From NCBI RefSeq assembly GCF_009914755.1, contig NC_060933.1: DNA of 64,000 nucleotides; one strand, given 5' to 3'. Shown here piece after piece: positions 56,485-64,000 of this stretch. Position 1 is the stretch's first letter. Each line of letters opens with the position of its first letter. The position numbers and the translations under genes are program-made. The notes beneath the pieces were generated by a model. That model saw only the letters and a list, made by a program, of their open reading frames with translations, searched no databases and was not told where the DNA came from. Source of the DNA: the human T2T-CHM13v2.0 reference genome, Homo sapiens.

Positions 56485-57789
56485 AAGAGGTGAATGCAGT
56501 GAAGATAGTAGGTACTCAGGTTTTCTGAAGCTCTCTAACCATCAGAAGTCATTGACTTGAGCTGATGTTTTTTCTTTGATGGAATTTTGAGTTGTATAAA
56601 TTTTTATTGCAATCAAATTGTTTCAGTCTTGCAAATGAGTCCCAAAAATGTGCCACGTCCAGAAAAATAACTTTTTAGTAGTCTACTAACTTTAAAATAT
56701 TAGGCATCAATTCAAAACTGCTCTGAGCTAGGAGATCCTGATGCAGCTGAAAAACAAAAAACAAAAAGAAAGAAAGAATTTGTCTCCAGAATATAAAGGG
56801 AGGAATTCTAAAAAAAAATACCTTCATCAGCTTTTAAGGCATAATATTAAGACCTATCACATTCTATCATTAGTAACGCCAGTGACCTTGCAAAATGGAA
56901 AAAGGTATCAGATAAGCCACAACAGGAAGATCCTCCTGGAGGATCAGCTACAAGTAATTTGGACTCCGGGAAGGCTTCAAATCTTGGTTTACACTGCACC
57001 AAGCAAATTCTGGAGGATGTGAGAAGGACAAATGCCTAACTCTTATTCAAAGGAGAAAAAGCGTGTGATCATTTTGCCTCTTCCACCCTATTATTATAGG
57101 AATTTCTCTTGTGAAAGTGTGGCTGTAGCTCTCTTGATTTTCTCAGAATTGAAGATGACAAAAATAGCCTTTAATTAACCAGCTACAAAGTCAGATAATG
57201 GCTTTTCTTAACCTCCAGGTAATTGCCTTGTGCTGGTCTGACACGTGTACCTTCAAGGTCATTCTGCAGTCTTTCAGAAAAGTAATTTATTTACTGTCAT
57301 TTAAAAAGATTTTCCATGTTCAAGTAGTAATATGGAGTCCTGGGTGTGAGAGGGAAGGGGCCTGGCTCCCGAGAGCCAGCAGATTCATCCGAAGGTCCTG
57401 ACCTGTGTGAAGCTTTTCCTGGCCTGTAAACACGTCAGAATGATATTAGCCGTGTGTTTACAAAGTATGCCCTGAGTGCGTCCATTATGTCTGGTCTAAT
57501 GGAACTGCATTCCTCTAAGTGCTTTTTAAGTTGTGTAGACAGCATAGCCAATATCCCTTCAGGGTACTCGGATGCTTGACTGCCATAAACAGCAAGCTAG
57601 CCCCCACCAACCCAGGGCGATGCTAAACTGCTTTGAGATCTACTGAGACAGGAGGCACTGCCCCAGTTTGTCTTCTGTCACCATCTTTCCCGTTTGTCTG
57701 AGCCTCTGATATCCTTGTTTATTCAACTTTCCTAAGCAGAGAACAAACTAGTGTCATCATTCTTCCAGGTGATTTCCATGAGTTGACTA

Positions 57790-58005
57790 TCTCCCATCCA
57801 CACACAATGTGCCAAACACCTCACCTGCGCTTTCTCATTTAATCTGTCCTCCACTCCAACCCAGTGAGTTAAGTACTATTACTAGCAACATCATACCATG
57901 AGAAAACTGAGAATTACGAGGTTTAAATAATTAGGCCCAAGGTTACAGAGCTAGGAAGTGGTGGAACTTGAACAAGGTCCCTCTGAAGTTTAAGCTATAC
58001 TCTCC
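57790..58005 (-). mobile_element. MIR
   Basis: TCTCATTTAATC...ATGAGAAAACTGAG...GCCCAAGGTTACAGAGCTAGGAAGTGGTGGA. Confidence 0.7.
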
Positions 58006-59160
58006 TTCCTCTTGTATTTCATAGACCCCTGGAACTCCGAAGGATCATTAGAACCACGTCGTCTTCACTTTTCAAGAGGGGTTTTAACTAGTTAAAGTTA
58101 AACAGCTCATGGTTGGCAAAGTATGACTCCATTCAGATCTCTTGCCTCAGGACTGTTCTAGGCCCCTGAACAAACTCTCACCTGATTTCATTAAATGAAA
58201 AGATCTAAAGACTTCAGAGGGTCAATTGGGGTGTGTATAAGTGTAAGCCAGCAGCAATCAAAATACAATTATTGTATAATCCTAATTCATTAAAAATAAA
58301 AATTCTCTTCATCATCTACTTGTTTTTCCTTAGCTATTAATATTTCACAAAGTCATTCATTTTGAACATTTTCCCTTTCTTGTGACGTTAATTATCTAAC
58401 CAAGATCCTCTACCTTCATTAAAATCAGCAGGGTTTCCAGTAAGTGATAATGGACTTGATATTTTTCTAAGTATAAGTTTATGTGTATGCATATGTATAT
58501 TTATATATCCATATGCATATATGGATATAGAAATAGTATTTTCACATCTAGAACAGAAAAGTGGCCAATATTTGAAATACAAATGCCTTTACATTTAGGC
58601 ACAAAAATATCTTATACTAATAATAATAGTAATATTTAAGCAGAGTGTTTGACCTGCAAATATTCTCATTGAGTATTTGCGGAACAAATAAACTTGGCAA
58701 GCATCCCTTCTGATTAAAAATAGGATTCTAATTTGTAAAATTTTAACTTGCATTTAGTCACTGGGCTTTTAGTTGTGACTGATAATACATCAATTATATG
58801 TAAAATATCCTAAAGCTTCTGATGTGCGAGCAGAAATAGGTCTAAAACACTGGAAAGAGACAAAACTTTCTGGAAAAAAAGATGTTCAGATATTCTTGAG
58901 AACTACTTTGAGGCTTAAAAAAAATGACAACATATTCAGAAAGATAAAGCAGGAACTACATCATTTTACCAAGATAAAGTGAAATAGACCAATGGATTTG
59001 ATCCCACTATATTAGTAGTGCAATGTGAGGACAAGAGAAATTCACTGTCATCTACCTGTCCCAGAAGACACCAGCAAATGCATACTTAGAATCTTACACT
59101 ATTTCAGGGAGTCCAGTTAATCAACCCTTCCAGTTAATCAACCCTTCCAGCCCATAGGAG

Positions 59161-59190
59161 TATGTGTGTGTGTATGTGTGTGTGTGTGTG

Positions 59191-59239
<49 letters not shown>
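59161..59239. repeat. Compound (TG)n(TA)n(TG)n microsatellite
   Basis: About 79 bp of alternating purine-pyrimidine sequence. Confidence 0.95.
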
Positions 59240-59240
<1 letters not shown>

Positions 59241-59946
59241 TTGTGTTTTTAGATTATCTTTCTTTTAAACTTTGTGCATTGGAAAGTTCTGTGAGAGCCC
59301 AAATTTCATAGCCTCCAGATAAACCTAACACTGAGCCCTAGATCCTAGGTCAATATTGACATATGCTGTTGCTGAGCTCCAACAGAAAAGATAAAGATGG
59401 TTTATATCCAAGTCTGACACCACAACAAACCACATCTTTTCCTAGTGGCATTCCAACAAACTAGAATCATCATGATGCAATCAGAGAAGCACTGTTTATT
59501 AATAAATGCTTTTATCACTGTTTTCTCATGTGGCAGGTCAATATAAAAAGCAGCATAAAAATAAATTAGCTAAGGATATGAGATCTTCCTTTCAGAAATA
59601 ATATTCCACAAAAGGTTTAATGTCTGCCACTCAACTCAGGGCTGAATCCCTCAGGTCTCTCCCACACTGAGGGAGCCATGTCTGCCCTGCAGGGGAGCTT
59701 GCTCTTCTGGTGAAAGAATGCTTCCCAGGCCTTGCAGTTTCAAAACTGACTTAGGGAATGTGTTTGATAAGATAGCAGATCATCTGCTCAGGCAAGGTGT
59801 AAAGCAAGTAGCAGCAGACCAAAAACTGAAATGAAACTTGCCCCATCACCATGAAGCAAAACATGTGTCAGCTAAGCACCTTGGGACTCAGTAAATGGCC
59901 CCGCACCTAGAGCATTTACAAATGCAGCAACTTTCTCACTGCACTT

Positions 59947-60701
59947 TCAAATGGGAGAGTTTCCTGATCCCTCTCACTGGATGTGCAACAGGGTTATGGC
60001 TTGCCTGTTCAGTCGCTCAAGCCCCTTGTGGGAGGGGGAGCATGCAGATGGGCAGGTGCAGAGGCCAGGGTGAGCGCTTTGGGCTCCGGCCCCATGGTAG
60101 TGTCTAGGGGTGGGTGCCTGCAACCTCAGTGTTACAATGCTGTCTTAGCCTTGCTGTCCGTAGGTGACTTTTTTGCAAGGGCAGAGGGCCAGTGTGACAG
60201 TTTCTGTATCCCCAGCTCTTGCCCAAGGTCCCAGAAGAATTGGGTCACGCACGGACTTGAGGGATGAATGCAAGGTTTTATTGAGTGTTGGAGGTGGCTC
60301 TCAGCAGGATGGATGAGGAGCCAGAAGGGAGAGATGGAGTGGGAAGGTGATCTTCCCCTGGTGTTGGGTCATCCAGTGGCTGAATTCCTCTCCAGCCACC
60401 CCTGGCCAAACTCCTCTCAGCATTCAGGCATTCCTTCTCTTCTCTCTGTCTCTGCTGTGTTGTTCGACTGTTTGTCTGCTTGTCTCATCTCCTTGTCTGC
60501 TGGTCTCCTCTGGAGCCTGGGGTTTGGGGTTGATATAGGTACAGGATAGGGGGCATGGTGGGCCAAAAGGCAATGATTTGGGCCTGAAAACAGGAATGCC
60601 TGTTCTCATTTAGGGCCATGGGTATCCAGGCTTGAGGGGGGGGCCTTTGCCAGGGAACCACCCTCTTCTACCCAGTATTTCCCTGTCTTCTGTTTGTATC
60701 A
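59947..60701 (-). mobile_element. MER50-family ERV1 solo LTR
   Basis: The end GCCTTTGCCAGGGAACCACCCTCTTCTACCCAGTATTTCCCTGTC...GTATCA is the reverse complement of the MER50 5' end. TTTATT (poly-A signal on the minus strand) at ~60277. Confidence 0.8.
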
Positions 60702-61139
60702 CTTTGAAGGGGACAAACCATGTGTTGGATACTGGCTGTGACACTGGCGTGCTGTCCCTGAAGCTCTTTCATTCCTTCATATATACTAAGCTCTCCAGAA
60801 AATGTCGAGTCACAGAAGATGCCAAAAAATTGTCCTGCAAGGTCCTTACCAAGCTTTTCTTTATCCTATCTTCGTGACTCCAATCACATCAACCTCTCTC
60901 TCCCGAAACCCTCAAATGACTTTGGACCTGAGATATTTGCATTTACCTTTTCTGCTTCACCCTATTTATTGTCCTTGTGCATGTGTGGTCTTTTGTCATC
61001 TCCTGGTCACCCCCCTCTACTCACAGGGCTTCAGGTATCAGCCTCCAGTTCTCATTTGGGCAAGCCCTGCTAATCAGCCCTCTCAGGGTTCATTGTAGGG
61101 CTTTGGTCTGAGAGATAGGACGAGCTGTTGGTTTATCCC

Positions 61140-61378
61140 ACTAGGCTTGAGCCCTGGAGGAATTGTCCCCAAAGAGCCTGAGAATGAAGGCAATGCAGGG
61201 AGGATGACAGTGCCCAACTGAGAGACAGAGAAATATTGAGATCTGGTGGCTTATTGTCAGGCCTGAAGTTAGCTTGAAACTTTAACAGAAGTTAAGAGAC
61301 AGTCAATTCCTATGTTTTGCCTAAGCCAATTCTAGCTGAGTTTTCTTTTGTTGGAATTGAAGCATCTCACTGATATAT
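61140..61378 (+). mobile_element. Old MLT1 (K/L-like) 3' fragment
   Basis: GCCTGAGAATGAAGGCAA...TGCCTAAGCCAATT...CTGATATA. Confidence 0.45.
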
Positions 61379-61750
61379 GTGTGCCATATTTTCTCAGCAT
61401 ATTTTAACCTCCTCAAAGAGAGAACCCTGTTAAGTGCTCTCCCATAGCCTTAGTCTGATACAAAGTACATGGTAGTTATTCAAAAATGTGTTGCTTCATC
61501 TGTCTTCTGGATTGTTCTATTCCATTTAGTACTGAAACTAGAAAGCAGGCATAAATTTATAATGCCCATGGCCAACCCACTTTGTGGCTACAGTGAGTCT
61601 GGTGCTCCCCAAGTCAGGCACCGATTCTGAATTCTCAACATCCTACCTAATGCTGGCCACTCCTACCTCTTTACCATGTTATTCAAAACTCACAATCCAA
61701 ATTGGGATTGACATAAACAAATGATCTTATTTATATTTTGAAGTCACTTT

Positions 61751-61839
61751 ATATTTTATTTATATGTATATATGTATATTAATATTTTCTTTATATGTAT
61801 ATTTTCTTTATATGTATAATATTTTCTTTATATGTATAT
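61751..61839. repeat. AT-rich ~17-20-bp minisatellite (ATATTTTCTTTATATGT x3 plus one variant)
   Basis: Units at 61782, 61799 and 61819, with a variant at 61751. Confidence 0.85.
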
Positions 61840-62404
61840 GTGAACCCCAAAATAAAGACACATAGGGATTTCCTATAAAATTCTGGCCCTATAATCACTT
61901 CTTTTCACAGATGGGACAGTTGTAAACCCAAATTCCCACGAATTTCACCAGATAATGTGTTTCATTAAATTTTGCCCCATAGAATAATGCATTTACTCCA
62001 AATTCCAGGACAATTCAATATGCAGAAAGCACTCTTTCTACAATATAAATTAAGGAGTTAATAAATAAATATATATTTATTTATAATTATAAGATTATAT
62101 TTTTATATATAAATATATATAACTATATATACATATATGTGTATATATACATATATAATGTGTGTTTGTGTGGGTGTGTAGATGGTAGATGGCCACTGAG
62201 ATGACCACAGGGTCTCCTTAATCAGAAAAGCAAACCATTCACTTTGACCATATTCAAAACCCACTGGAGCCTACTGCATTATGAGTTGTTTTTCAGTTTG
62301 TCTGAAGCCACAGCCCTTCACTGAACATCCTCGCTTTGGCCATCTTTGTAAAATGTCACTTTGGCTCTCTTTGTAAAATGTTGACTCTTTCAGGCATTAT
62401 TCTC

Positions 62405-62630
62405 CACCATTCAATGTTTGTTGGTGACTGCTGTATCAGGCAGTGTTTCCAGGAGCAGAGGCTATAGTGGTGAAAAAGGTAGCCAAGGTCCCAGCCCTCA
62501 CAGAGTTTATATTGCAACAAAAATAATAGGCAATAAATAAGCAACTAAATGATTATGATCACTTCAGATAGTGGTAAATATTAGGAGAAAAATAAAACAG
62601 AATGATATGAAGGAGGGTGACTGAGAAGTG
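62405..62630 (-). mobile_element. L2 3' fragment
   Basis: CAGGCAGTGTT...AAGGTCCCAGCCCTCACAGAGTTTATATT...TTCAGATAGTGGTAAAT. Confidence 0.65.
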
Positions 62631-62857
62631 TGGGGAGTTTCACTAGGTAATCCATTTTGAACTATGGTATTATGCTGTTGACTCCCGCTTGAAAATCTAT
62701 ATATGTGGAGGCCTTGGCTGTCTTTTCTTTGACTCCATGTCAAAAGACCTTTCTTGACTTACGGTGAAAGGTACAATTTCCATTTAACTGGAAATTGTCT
62801 GCTGTCCTTTTTGTTTTTCTTTCTACACCTTCCTTCCACAGAGAGAATCCCTTTTCT

Positions 62858-64000
62858 GTTTTTTTTTTGTTGTTGTTGTTGTTGCTGTTCGTTTTTTTAT
62901 TATACTTTAAGTTCTGGAATACATGTGCAGAATGTGCAGGTTGTGACATAGGTATACATATGCCATGGTGGTTTGTTGAACCCATCAACCTCTCACCTAC
63001 ATTAGGTATTTCTCCTAATGCTATCCCTCCCCTAGTCCCTCAAACCATGACAGGCCCCAGTGTGTGATGTTCCCCTCCCTGTGTCCATGCGCTCTCATTG
63101 TTCAACTCCCACTTATGAGTGAGAACATGCAGTGTTTGGTTTCCTGTTCTTGTGTTAGTTTGCTGAGCATAATGGTTTCCAACTTCATCTATGTCCCTGC
63201 AAAGGACGTGAACTCATCCTTTTTTTATGGCTGCATAGTATTCCACGGTGTATGTATGCCACATTTTCTTTATCCAGTCTATCATTGATGGGCATTTGGG
63301 TTGGTTCCAAGTCTTTGCTATTGTGAACAGTGCTGCAATAAACATACATGTGCATGTGTCTTTATAGTAGAGTGATTTATAATCTTTTGGGTATAATCCA
63401 ATGGGATTGCTGGGTCAAATGGTATTTCTGGTTCTGGATGCTTGGAGAATCGCCATACTTGTCTTCCACAATGGTTGAACTAATTTACACTCCCACCAAC
63501 AGTGTAAAAGTGTTTCTATTTCTCCGCATCCTCTCCAGCACCTGTTGTTTCCTGACTTTTTAATAATTGCCATTCTAACTGGCATGAGATGGTATCTCAT
63601 TGTGGTTTTGATTTGCATTTCTCTAATGACCAGTGATGATAAGCATTTTTTCATAGGTTTAATGGCCACGTAAATGTCTTCTTTTGAAAAGTGTCTGTTC
63701 ATATCCTTTGCCCACTTTTTGATGGGGTTGTTTTTGTTTTCTTGTAAATTTGTTTAAGTTCCTTGTAGATTCTGGATATTAGCCCTTTGTCAGATGAATG
63801 GATTGCAAATATTTTCTCCCATTCTGTAGGTTGCCTGTTCACTCTAATGGTGGTTTCTTTTGCTGTGCAGAAGCTCTTTAGTTTAATTAGGTCCCACTTG
63901 TCAATTTTGGCTTTTGCTGCCATTGCTTTTGGTGTTTTAGTCATGAAGTCTTTGCCCATGCCTATGTCCTGAATGGTATTGCCTAGGTTTTCTTCTAGGG
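62858..64000 (-). mobile_element. L1PA7-like 3' end, continuing beyond the window
   Basis: (TTG)n-converted tail and L1PA 3'UTR. Frameshifted ORF2p C-terminal remnants ([14 protein letters not shown]...[18 protein letters not shown]; [20 protein letters not shown]). Confidence 0.92.

Overview
This is primate (very probably human) non-coding genomic DNA, either intergenic or deep-intronic. I found no supportable protein-coding gene, RNA gene, CRISPR array or foreign segment. Nearly all longer ORFs in the track are Alu translations, L1 ORF2p C-terminal remnants or chance frames. Roughly half the window is interspersed repeats: about 18 Alus, L1s of several ages, MaLR/ERVL/ERV1 solo LTRs, hAT and TcMar MITEs, and L2/MIR relics. 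I did not find a new multi-gene biological system. The most notable sequence-level structures are: (i) a nested LTR/MITE/Alu stack at 11.6-13.6 kb that contains a 109-bp locally templated copy flanked by a 28-bp duplication; (ii) one 15-bp target site present three times, because an L1PA16 and an AluJ used the same site; (iii) a young twin-primed L1PA2-type insertion abutting a CpG-rich ETS-site segment; (iv) several small template-switch-like scars; and (v) repeat-free motif clusters that could be enhancers. Repeat subfamily names come from recalled consensus features, not from a database search. Boundaries of old repeats are approximate.
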